From assembly GCF_009914755.1 (NCBI RefSeq), contig NC_060938.1: DNA of 64,000 nt; one strand, given 5' to 3'. Source of the stretch: the human T2T-CHM13v2.0 reference genome, Homo sapiens. A program made the position numbers and the translations under genes. This document shows, piece by piece, positions 26,387 to 39,400 of the stretch. A model generated the notes under the pieces. It was not told the origin of the DNA and searched no databases. It saw nothing but the letters and a program-made list of their open reading frames with translations. Numbering within the stretch: the stretch's first letter is position 1; each line of letters opens with the position of its first letter.

Positions 26387-29316
26387 TGGGATTTATCCCA
26401 GGGATGCAAGGATGGTTCAACATATGCAAATCAATCAATGTGATACATCATATCAAGAGTGAAGCACAAAAACCATATGATCATTTCAATTGATGCTTAA
26501 AAGCATTTGAAAAAATTTAACATCTCTTCTTGATTTTTAAAACCCTAAAAAACTGGCTATTGAAGGAACACACCTCAACATAATAAAAGCCATCTATGAT
26601 AGACCCACAGCAACTATAATACTGAATGAGGGAAAACTGAAAGCCTTTCCTCTAAGATGTGGAACAGACAAAGATGCCTACTTTCACCACTGTTATTCAA
26701 CATAGTACTGGAAGTCCTAGCTACAGCAATCAGACGAGAGAAATAAAAGGCATCCAAATTGGAAAGGAAGAAGTCGAATTATCCTTGTTTGCATATGATA
26801 TGATCTTGTATTTGTAAAAAACCTATATTTGTAAAGACTCCACCAATAAACTATTAGAATTCAGAAACAAATTCAGTAAAGTTGAAGGATACAAAATCAA
26901 AATGTAAAAATCAGTAACATTTTTATATGCCAATAGTGGACAATCTGAAAAGGAATTCAAGAAAGTAATCCCATTAACAATACCTATAAATAAAATAAAA
27001 TAAAATACCTAGGAATAAACTAAACCAAAGAAGTGAAAGATTTCTACAATAAAAACTACAAAAATATTGATGAAAGAAATTGAAGAGGACACCAAAACTC
27101 GGAAAGATATTCCATGTTCATAAATTGGAAGAACCAATATTGTTAAAATGTCCATACCACTCAAAGCAATCTACAGATTCAATACAATCCCTATCAAAAT
27201 ACCAATGACATTCTTTACAGAAATAGAAAAAATAATCGTAAAATTTGTATGGAACCACAAAAGACCCAGGATAACCAAAGCTATCCCGAGCAAAAAGAAC
27301 AAAACTGGAGGAATCACATAATCTGACTTCAAATTATACTATGAATCTATAGTAACCAAAACAGCATGGTACTGGCATAAAAACAGACATAGAGACCAAT
27401 GGAACAGAATGGAGAACTAAAAAACAAATCCACACATCAACAGTGAACCCATTTTCAACAAAGGTGCTAAGAATATACATCGGGGAAAGGACAGTGTCTT
27501 CAATAAATGGTGCTGGGAAAACTGGATATCCTCATGCAGACAATTAAACTGGATACCTATCTCTTGCCATATACAAAAATCAAATAAAAATGGATTAAAA
27601 ACTTGAATCTAAGACTTGAAACTATAAACTACTAAAAGAAAACATTGGGGAAACTCTTCAGGATATTGGACTGGGCAAAGATTTCTTGAGTGATACCACA
27701 CAAGCACAGGCAACCAATGAAAAAAATGGACAAATGAGATCACATCAAGTTAAAAAGCTTCTTCATAGCAAAGGAAACAATCAAGGAAGTGAAGAGACAA
27801 TCCAAGGAATGGGAGAAAATATTTGCAAACTATGCATCTGAGAAGGGATTAATAACCAGACTATATAAACAACTCTATAGGAAAAAAATATATAATAATC
27901 TGATTTTAAAACGGGCAAAAGATCTGTGTGATGGCCAATACTGAGCGTCAACCTGATTGGATTGAAGGATGCAAAATATTAATCCTGGGTGTGTCTGTGA
28001 GGGTGTTGTCAAAGGAGATTAACATTTGAGTCAGTTGGCTGGGGAAGGCAGACCCACTCTTAACTGGTGGGCACTATCTCATCAGCTGTCAGCGAATATA
28101 AAGCAGGCAGAAAAACGTGAAAAGGCGAGACTGGCCTAGCCTCCCACCCTTCATCTTTCTGCCATGCTGGATGCTTCCTGCCCTCAAACATCGGACATTC
28201 AAATTCTTCAGTTTTGAGACTTGGACTGGCTCTCCTTGCTCCTCAAGCTTGCAGACAGCCCACAGTGGGACCTTGTGATCGTGTAAGTTAATACTTAATA
28301 AACTACCATATAGATATCCTATTAGTTCTGCCCCTCTAGGGAACCCCGAGTAATATAATCTGAATAGACATTTCTCAAAAGAAGATATACAAATGGCAAA
28401 CCGGTATATGAAAATGTGCTTTATATCATTGATCATCAGAGAAATGAAAAGCAAAACTATAATGTGACATCGTCTCACAGTTTAAATGGCTTTTATCCAA
28501 AAATAGGCCATAACACATGCTGGCAAGTGTGCGGAGAAAAAGAAACCCTAGTATCCTGTTGGTGGGAATGTAAATTAGTACAATCACTATGGAGAATAGT
28601 TTGAAGATTCTCCCAAAAAATAAAAATAGAACTATCATATAATCCAGCAATCATACTATAAGGTATGGGCCCAAAAGAAAGGAAATCATTCTATTGAAGA
28701 GATATCTGTACTCCCATATTTACTGCAGCACTATTTACAATAGTCAAGATTTGCAAGCAATCCGAGTGTCCATGAACAGACTAATAGATAAAGAAAATGT
28801 GGTACATATACACAATGGAGTACTATTCAGTCATAAAAAAGAATGAGATCCTGTCATTTGCAACATTACATGAATGGAACTGGAAGTCATTATGTTAAGT
28901 GAAATAAGCCAGGCACAGAAAGACTAACTTCACATGTTCTCACTTATTTGTGGAAGCTAAAAAAAATTAAAACAATTGAACTTATGGAAATAGTAAAATG
29001 ATGTTTACAGAGGCTGGGAAGGGGAGTGGGGCAGGCAGTGCAGACAGGAATGGGGATAGTCAATGTGTACAAACATATAGTCAGATAAAATAAGATCTAG
29101 TATTTTACAGCACAACAAGGCAACTACAGTTAACATTAATTTATTGTACGTTTCAAAATAACTAAAAGAATACAATTGGATTGTTTGTAAATGCTTGAGG
29201 TGATGCATAACCCATTTACCCTGATGTGATTATTAAGCATTATATGCCTGCATCAAAATCTCATATACCCCATAGATATAGATACCTACTATGTACCCCC
29301 CACCAAATTTTTTTTT
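26387..29316 (+). mobile_element. L1MA (MA2/3-like), 5'-truncated, with decayed ORF2 and 3'UTR
   Basis: ORF2 RT region GGGATTTATCCCAGGGATGCAAGGATGGTTCAAC through the 3'UTR; TSD AAACCTATGCAG / AATCCTATGCAG. Confidence 0.92.
27927..28357 (+). mobile_element. MLT2A1 (HERV-L) solo LTR inserted in the L1MA
   Basis: TGTGATGG...TAATATA termini; 5-bp TSD ATCTG; colinear with the recalled MLT2A1 consensus; TATAAA at 28097; donor CGT|GTAAGT at 28283. Confidence 0.92.
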
Positions 29317-29774
29317 AATCCTATGCAGCATTACTTCCTAGAAAGGACAGTTCCACAATCTTCCCTGTTGTGTCTGTGGTGTCTGATTGACTTTAAGACT
29401 AATCAAAATATAAAGAATTTATCCAGTGAGAATTCAGAAATGTCCTTACCAAGTACAATCACATAAAAATAATTATTTACTCATACCAACTATCAGAATT
29501 AATTTAACTGTAGCAACAGTTGATGTGGCAGCTTCTAATTAATATAGATAAACTTTCAGTGACATTAATAATTGGTGGCAAACTGTAAAATACTTAAGGT
29601 TATATAGTCATTGTATTTACTAGCAAGAGAGAATGTGGCATTGGTAGAAAAAGAAAACTTTTAAAAAAGAGGAAAGTAGAAGATTTTAGAAAGATATCAT
29701 GTGCACTATAGCCTCTTCTATTATGAGGCTTTCCTACTTTTTCCGCCTACGCAGCCCAGTGTGTTGGATGGCAG

Positions 29775-29990
29775 GAAGCAATGCACAGGTGTTAAGAGTA
29801 CAGACAGCTCTGGGCTCTACCATATACAGTACTAGATGTGGGACGTTGGGGAAAGTTGTTTAGTTTTTCTTGCCTCCGTCCATTCCTTACCCACTTCTTA
29901 GAGTTATGGTAGGACTAAAGTGAAATCACAGACATGAAAAGTGCTTGAAGCACGGCCTGACACATAATACCCCAGCAAATGTTAACCATT
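29775..29990 (+). mobile_element. MIR
   Basis: GTGTTAAGAGTACAGAC...GAAAAGTGCTTGAAGCACGGCCTGACACATA. Confidence 0.65.
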
Positions 29991-30234
29991 TTTAGATTTC
30001 CTCACCCTACCTATCTTTCTGGCCTTAGTTTAAAATAATTAAGTATAAGGTGGAAAATACAAAAGGTTTCCAACGTCTAATTCATATTTCGAAGCTGCAT
30101 AGACTAGACTCTCTTCAGAAGCTCCCGGAGAATGAAAAAGTCTACCCTACTGCCTCTGATCTCATCCATCTCTCTGCTTTTGTGAGCTAAATGTTTTCTG
30201 CATGAAATCATTCAAAACCTCCATTGTCAACCAA

Positions 30235-30580
30235 AAAATTCCACTCCTAGGATTTTATCCTAAGAAAGAATTAAGGATTTATGCTCACATTTAGCTGCAA
30301 TGTTGTTAATAGTGAGGAAGCAACTTAAAAAAACTTAGTGAACAACAATAGAGGATTCGTGGATAAATTGTGGAGCAACACATGTACAATACGATTTTAA
30401 GAAGCTCTAAAAAGAATGTTGTATAAAAATAATAATGAAAAAGAAGTTCATTATATATATATTTAATTTTTAAATAGCAGGCTATGATGCAAGATGTCCC
30501 ATATGGAACGATTTTTTAAAGTGTATAGGTAGATATAAGCATAGAAAATGTCTGGAAGGCTTTACAGTGACCAAAATGTA
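30235..30580 (+). mobile_element. L1ME/MC 3' fragment
   Basis: AATTCCACTCCTAGGATTTTATCCTAAGAAA...GATAAATTGTGG. Confidence 0.6.
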
Positions 30581-31173
30581 GTGCATCACCCACTCACTCC
30601 TCCCACTAATGCTGGAATGGTCTACTAGCAAGTCTAGGTAATGGGGCATTCTTGTATAATCTCAGTATAAATCCTCCCTTGCTAAACTGAGACTGGGAGA
30701 ATAAAGAGGGCATATTGGTTACAAGCTAGAGGTGATAGTCTGTACCTCTCTAATTCTCCCCCTTACACTTCTCAGCTTTGAAGGTTGTGTCCCTGAGGTC
30801 TCTCTTGTGGCAGTGTTCACAAGTAGCTAAAGGTGTCATGTATGATGTCAGAAGCAAAGAGTTCTATTTCCTGTGTCAGACTTTGCCCATGGTTACTACC
30901 TCTGGGGGCCTTCAATTGATTGTAATCATTTAGGGACTTAAAATTATTAAAATAATAAATGATCAAAATTAATTTCCCTGCCTTTGATCATTATTTGAAA
31001 TATTTTTAAGAACAAATTTGTAGATCTACTTTATTATTACACTTCTAATTATGAAATAAATGACATTACCATTTTTTTAACCATAATTGGGAAGGCTTAT
31101 TTAAACGTCGGAAGAGAAAGGGACTGCTGTGTGTTAAGGCAATCGATATTTAAGACCATTAAGACTTCTTACA

Positions 31174-31485
<312 letters not shown>

Positions 31486-31749
31486 TTACAATATATTCAG
31501 ATGGTCATTCCACAGCCTCTGGTAGGAGATTTGTGATTAACCATAAAATTTACTAGTAAAGGTGTCAGGTTCACATACTTTAATGAAGGTGTTATAATAT
31601 TTGTTCTGATTTCTGAAATCACTTTTCAGTCCCTGGCATTTGGGAGCAAAAAAGAATCATTTTAATGAACATTAAATTACATTTTCTCCAAGTTGTAATG
31701 TTTCCAACATGAAAAACTGGAGGCACCCACTAGCCAGTAACTGATAAAC

Positions 31750-31821
31750 TAAGACCAAACCATATAAAATTGCTCATTTTTGACCTATGAAAAAATGGCA
31801 ATTTCATATGGTTCAACCAAA
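31750..31821. mobile_element. MADE2 mariner MITE
   Basis: Palindromic AACCATATAAAATTGC...GGCAATTTCATATGGTTCAACC. Confidence 0.8.
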
Positions 31822-32106
31822 TATGCTACTAAAGATACATAAATGATTTTTTAAACAAAGCTTCCTAAAAGCATTTTTACCCAGATATATTTGTTACATA
31901 CAACATTTTGTTTTTTAATGTGGCATTATCAAGAGTTTTATAATCACTCTGGTTTAGCCTCACTATGTTCTAAGGGAATAAGTTATGTAACCTGCTCTAG
32001 GAAGTAAACGGGTTAAATGGGCAACTAGGGAAAGAGCTCCAGTGCGGAAATAATCTTATTATTCATTCAAAAAATATTTCTTGAACACCTATTCTGTCAG
32101 ACACTA

Positions 32107-32460
<354 letters not shown>

Positions 32461-33650
32461 GAATAGGGGTCTACCTCTTTACTTAATTCTATGTAAATAT
32501 TCTCATGAGTTTATTTCTTATTTATATCCTCTGGGACATGTAGCTCCAGCTCCTGGTTATGTTTTTTCTCATACTGATAAGATATGATTATTATTTATTT
32601 TCTTATATCTGATTATGACATCAAAAATATTATGTTTTGCAATTCATAAGTTTATGTTCTTCCTTATGTACCAGTATCACCCTGTTGCATTTTTTATTGT
32701 AATGAAATACATATAACATAAAATTTACTTCTTTAAACACTCTCGTTAAATATTTCTTGTTATCAAGTACATAAGAAAAGTGCATCTATGTGCATTAAAT
32801 CTATGTGCTGTTAACATTGTAGATATACGTACATTGGACACCACATATCCATCTAACATGTAACAAAAGTTCAAAAAGTAGGAAGCTAAATCAAGAAGAT
32901 TAGTATCTCTTTTGAGAAACTGGCAATCAACACCTGGTACCAACTTGGCAGCAATAATTTCTAGATCAGTATTTCCCAAAACTGTTTGCCCTCAAAACGC
33001 ATTATAAAGTAGTGATGAAAGGTCAATATGAACCCATGAAATATAATAGTCATTTAGATTAAAGTAAACAGTAGAAACAGTTTCAAGGAAACTGCCTTAA
33101 AACAGTCAAAATTTTATCTACATCACAAATATGCATAAGAAAGGCTGAAGATCACTGAATAGTTGACATACATTAAAGTTTAGAATAAGTTGGTAAAATG
33201 GTAAAACCTGACTCTGCATTGACTAACAAACTGAGCACCAGTCATTTGTCCTTCAGGTAACATATACAACTTCTTTTGCTCTTAAGATTGCCCACCATTC
33301 CTTAAAGACAGACTTACATAATAAGAACAAGAGAAATGTACTTAGTATTTTTCTTACACTTATATTTTTAATGCACTTTTGAAGAAAATATTGCTAACAC
33401 CAGGTTTTTGGTTTTGGTTTTGGTTTTGCTGAACCTATTAATAACTTAGGACTCTTTGGGAACATTGTTCCATATGCCATGCAAAGCTATAAAATATTAA
33501 TAAAAAGGGGTTTGGCCATGTGTGGTGCATCCTCCGATTTTTAAAAAAGATTTAATGAACACTGAAAATATCTTCTAATTTTTGTGGTTGTGAGTGATCT
33601 AATTCACTTCTTTATCAGATTGGGGCATTAGATAGACAGCTAAGATGACC

Positions 33651-33992
<342 letters not shown>

Positions 33993-34154
33993 CTAATTAA
34001 TTACAGAGTTCCTTCTTTAGGCTATAGACTCCAGGAACAAGACAGTCAGAGCTCCTTGTTTATATCCCTAATCAGTTCTTTATTTATTTATACACTTAAG
34101 GCACCTAGCATAGTACTTTGCATATAGTATACGTTTAATAAACGTCTGTGGAAA

Positions 34155-34380
34155 AGAGGCAGTGTGGCTTAGTCAGACATTTCTGGATTCAAATCCTAAC
34201 TCTACCTCTTACCAGTTGAGCAGCCATAGGCAGATTTGTTAATCTCAGAATTTGTTCATCCTGTACTGTATCATGGTGATAACTTATTCCACAGTTGCTA
34301 TGAAAATTAAGAGAGATAATAAAGATAATGTGTCCAGTACAAAGTGTGGGCACATAGAAATGAATGTTAGATCCCTTCCC
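34155..34380 (+). mobile_element. MIR
   Basis: GAGGCAGTGTGG...TGGATTCAAATCCTAACTCTACC...GTTGCTATGAAAATTAAGAGAGATAAT. Confidence 0.72.
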
Positions 34381-34557
34381 TTACTTTATATAATCTTCAC
34401 ACCAGAGTTAATCCTAAAGAAAAATTATAAAGTGAAGATCCCTTCCACTTTCCCTTTTTTACCCTTCTCCTCAGACACAGTCCTCACCATCTTGCACTGT
34501 TATTCATCTCCATTGGTACATAACTGAGATATGGCATTGTGGTCAGGAGACCTGAAT

Positions 34558-34867
<310 letters not shown>

Positions 34868-36494
34868 CCTGAATTCTTATTCTATCTTTGCCCTTACTAG
34901 TTAAATGTCTTGACCAAGCCATTTGACATATCACGGGTAGGGCCTTAGACAGTTTTATTTACAGATTGGTGGGTTGGGTGTAGTAATTTAAAGCCTTATT
35001 ATATTAAAACAAACATGGTTATGTTGAATCAATACAAACTTTGTGCAAAGTTTTAAGATAAACCAAGAGATTTCAAAGATATTCCCACTTGTAGTGGGTT
35101 ACTTTGGGCTAAGTCCCCAGATTCCTGGAGGTTCAAGTTCCCTCTCTTATCATTGGAGATACTTTGTTGAAAAAAGTTGGTGATCTTTCAGGTTTCTTTC
35201 AGCTCAGGAATTCTTTCAGCTCATCATTCTTCCCTTTCTCCCCACAAAATTTCAACTTAACCTGATAAACTAGGCATCAGGGAAAAGCTACCGCATATTG
35301 CCCAAGGCTTCCAGAGGCAATTTTCTAGGCACAAGCAATTAGCTGCCCTAGGCAAAACTGCACAGTAGGCAAAGACTGCCTCCTCCCTCTCCTGCAGTAT
35401 CCACCCCCACTACCTGCAGGCTTCCTCACCTGCCTTCAGCTTGCCAGAGCACTCACATCCACCTACGATTCTGACTTCTACCCAAGACCTAAGCTCTAAA
35501 TTTCCCCTCTTCCCTCCCCCATGTAATTTTCTATTCCCTCTTTGGGGTTAGTCTCAGCTAGGTTATACAAGGTGATATGATTTGAATTTTTCTGATTGAC
35601 ATCTGCATTTTAAAGAAGAATATGTTAACATTAATGGCGAAATATTTATGGGAAATGTTTCTGAACCTTGAGCCATAATGAAGCCCTTTGCTCACTTTAG
35701 GTTATGAGATCTTACCCTACCAGTCTCTATCTCTTCAAAAGAAGAGTGGTAATTTCTTGTACCCATGCTTCTGAAATATTGCCAATCCCTGTTATAAATT
35801 AATCAAAGCCAATAGAGTTCTCATAAGTAACATGCAAGTCATGGTTACTTTTTTTTTATTTCCATATTACTCCTTCAGTTGGAAATACCTTACTATCCTT
35901 CCTCCATCTATTTAAATTAGGGATTTCAAGCTGGTATCCAAGGATTTCTATATGACCCTAGATACATTTTTTTTGGCCATTACATTGGGCCTGTAGCAAG
36001 TAATGAGGTAGATATTACTCTTACCCAGTTAACAAAAGTAGCTAGGCTCCTATTGTATTGTATCTAGTCTACTTCATATGTTTATGTTAACTGCACAGGG
36101 TACTTGACTTTTTGACCTCTACTCATCCTTCAAGATCTCATCTAAAAGTCATCTTTTCTACAAGGTTTGAGAATCAATCAATACTTACAGCAAGTTAGTT
36201 GCTGGTTGCATTAATCATAAGCACCTAGCTCTTATGCAGGAGCTCCTAGTCTTATGCAGGGGCTCTGAATAGAATAATTAACTGCAAATGCAATTTAGTG
36301 AAGTGGGTCTGATGGTGGAGACAGCCGATTATGGCACTGAGGAAGCAGGAGGTATGTTGGGGCTGACTGGGCTTTCATGTACCCTTAAATTGCTCAGTGA
36401 AGGATGCTGACTCTTTTACATCTGGGAGTGTTTAGTACTGCCTTGTACCTTTTAGTGACTCTGGAGGCAGTATATATCCTTATATTCTACATAG

Positions 36495-39400
36495 TGTGAA
36501 AAGAAAATATCTTGGGCTCTCAAAATCACTAAGCTAAAGGGAAAAGTCAAGCTGGGAACTGCTTAGGGCAAACCTGTCTCCTATTCTATTCAAAGTCACC
36601 CCTCTGCTCACTGAGATAAATGCATATCTGATTGCCTCCTTTGGAGAGGCTAATCAGAAACTAAAAGAATGCAACCATTTGTCTCTTATCCACCTATGAC
36701 CCGGAAGTCCCCTCCCCACTTGGAGTTGTCCTGCTTTTCCAGATTGAACTAATGTTCATCTTACATATTTTGATTGATGTCTCATATATCCCTAAAATGT
36801 ATAAAACCAAACTGTGCTCTGACCATCTTGGGGACATGTCATCAGACCCTCCTGAGGCTGTGTCATGGGCATGCATCCTCAACCTTGGCAAAATAAAATT
36901 TCTAAATTAACTGAGACCTGTCTCAGATTTTGGGGGTTTACATTTTGGTAACCACGTAGGGATTCTGAGTGGAAGTGCCCCTGACCTTTGAGAAATCTCC
37001 TACCAGTGCTTGGTACCAGCATGAGCTAACTTTATGGCTCAAACCAACAGGACAATTTGCTGAGGTATGGGAGCACCCCCTCCAGAGAATCCCTGATCTC
37101 CCAAAATTTGGTTAAGACCTAAAGTTTATTTTGCTGTACAACTCCCCGTTTTTTTGTTGTTGTTGTTGTTTTGTTTTTTGAAGTTCTACTTGCTTCCAAC
37201 AAGGAAGACAAGTTTTCCTGCTTCCATGATGATAGAAGGCAGTTACTCCTTTATGGAGTTTCAGCTCACTTCCAACAGGGCAGATGAGGGGTTTTTTTCC
37301 TACTTCTAGGATGGTAGACAGCCATCTTCAGCCTGAGACCCATCTCTAGGTAAGTAGCTGAATTGGGGTTTTGTCTTGGCTAAAGTTAACAACCAGCTGG
37401 TCTTAATTTCTCCTTACCATTAGAGCACTCAGTAATCATATAAGTTGTGTGATCTTTTGTTTTGCTTAACTGTTTTATGTTGTTTGTTTCTGTTTTTGTT
37501 GTTGTTTCGGTCTTTTTCTCATTGGGTTTGATCAACTCTATCTGACTTGATTAAATCCAAAGGAAGTTCCAAATTATGGGGAACAAGGCCTCTGAAGTGG
37601 CTAACTTTCCACACATACACACAAAAAGGTGGTGTGGTAGGGAGAGAAAAATTGCCAGCAAAAGGAAAAAGAAAAAGAGAAAATATTTTTTATTTTGACT
37701 ACTAAGGGTCTTTATTTAAACAACAAGGCCACCTTTTTGCTAGCCAGACCAAACTGAAAGAGCATTGGCTATACTTCTGAAATAGCAGAATTTTTCCTAG
37801 CTGAAATATGGTAATGAGATTTAAAAAGATTTTTTTAAAGGAGCTCAGTGGTTAAAAGTCAGCTTAATTAAAAGCTAACATCCAAGATGTGTGTGTGTGT
37901 GTGCCTATGTGTGTGTTTGTGTGCATATGTGTGTGCTTGTGTTTAACAGGCTTTCGTGATTTTGTTTTTGCTTTTATCCTAGGACCTTGTCTTTTTTTTT
38001 TTTTTTGAGCAAAAGTATTTTTCTTCTCAGTTGACTGAATTCTGTTTTCTTCATTTACTTCTGCTGTCTCTTCTCTTGCACCTTCTACTGCATGGAGAAC
38101 CTAAAATAGATTATAATAACCTAGGGTTCCTTAAAGAAAATGAAGAAGACACCAGACTCTCTTTGGGGGAGAAACATTTTTTCCTTATGGAACCCCAAGA
38201 ATGTAATCAGACAAGTTCGTCTCAGCTCTTAAATTCCTTAATTTTGTATTGTGTTACCGTTTTATATTTTTACTAAAACAGTTATTGCAACAGAGGTTAC
38301 TCTTGGGTTTTTAAGGAAGACTGTGGTTTAGACACTTAGAAATGTCTTTGTTTAAAAAAAATTAAGTGTACTGTAAAAGCATCACCTGGTCCAATCTCAT
38401 AATAACTCTTACTTTTTGGAAACCCAGGATTCAGTGTGGGCTCTTCCCAGAGCACAGAGATCCAGTTAAAAGTTAGGTAGTCCCTATCTAAATAAAACTG
38501 ATCTCCTTATACAATCCTATGATTGATTTCCACAATTTTACGTTTGATTTGGCATCCATCTTTAATCTCCCTCTAGCACCACTAGACTTTTTCTCTATGT
38601 ACTTTATGATGTAAATTTTGCTATTTGATTTTCATCTGAGTTGTTTCCTTTAATATGCAAATTTAAAGCTGTTTAGCTGACAACTGCCTAGAGTCGTGAA
38701 ACAGGTTATCAAGAATCTGAAAGTCTAAGATAAGAAAAAAAGAGTTTTATAAATCTCTAAGATGTATTTCTATTGGCATGCCTAATATGTCTATATATTT
38801 ATGTTTTATGTACAAAATATTTCACTACAAAAAACATATAAAAGAGCTTTAATTAATTGGCTTAAGAAAATAAAAGTGCTTGAATCAAACACTTTATCAG
38901 GAAAAAAAAGACTAGCCAAATGGTTTTTCAAGTTTACATAACTTAAGTAAAATCTTTAATAAATAAGTTAGCTTTAAAATTGTTGGTAAAGTAATATTAG
39001 AAATGTCTTAAGAATTACCAGCATACATTTTTGTTTGCAATTATTAATCAAACAATTTCATACTTATCCCTACCAGATACTATAAGGTGTAAAAATTTGG
39101 CATAAGGTTTACAAAACTATAAACCCAGCCCAAGACAGAATGATCTTTGCTTGTGTAATCTTTAATAAATAAGATGTTGATATTAGTTTAGTAAAAATAG
39201 CTACATCTTGAATTTAGTGAGATTACTATAACTTCTCATCTTGTGGCTTTAGGTGGTCTAGTCCATAGGCAGTAAGGTCTGTTTTGGGAAAGGACTGTTA
39301 TTGTCTTTGTTTCAAAGCTAAACTATAAACTAAGTTCCTCCCAAAGTTAGTTTGGCCTATGCCCAGGAATGAACAAGGACAGCTTGGAGGTTAGAAGTAA

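Noticed and set aside
36946-36965. tRNA-like sequence
   Set aside because: It is only the retroviral primer-binding site; there is no cloverleaf or A/B box.
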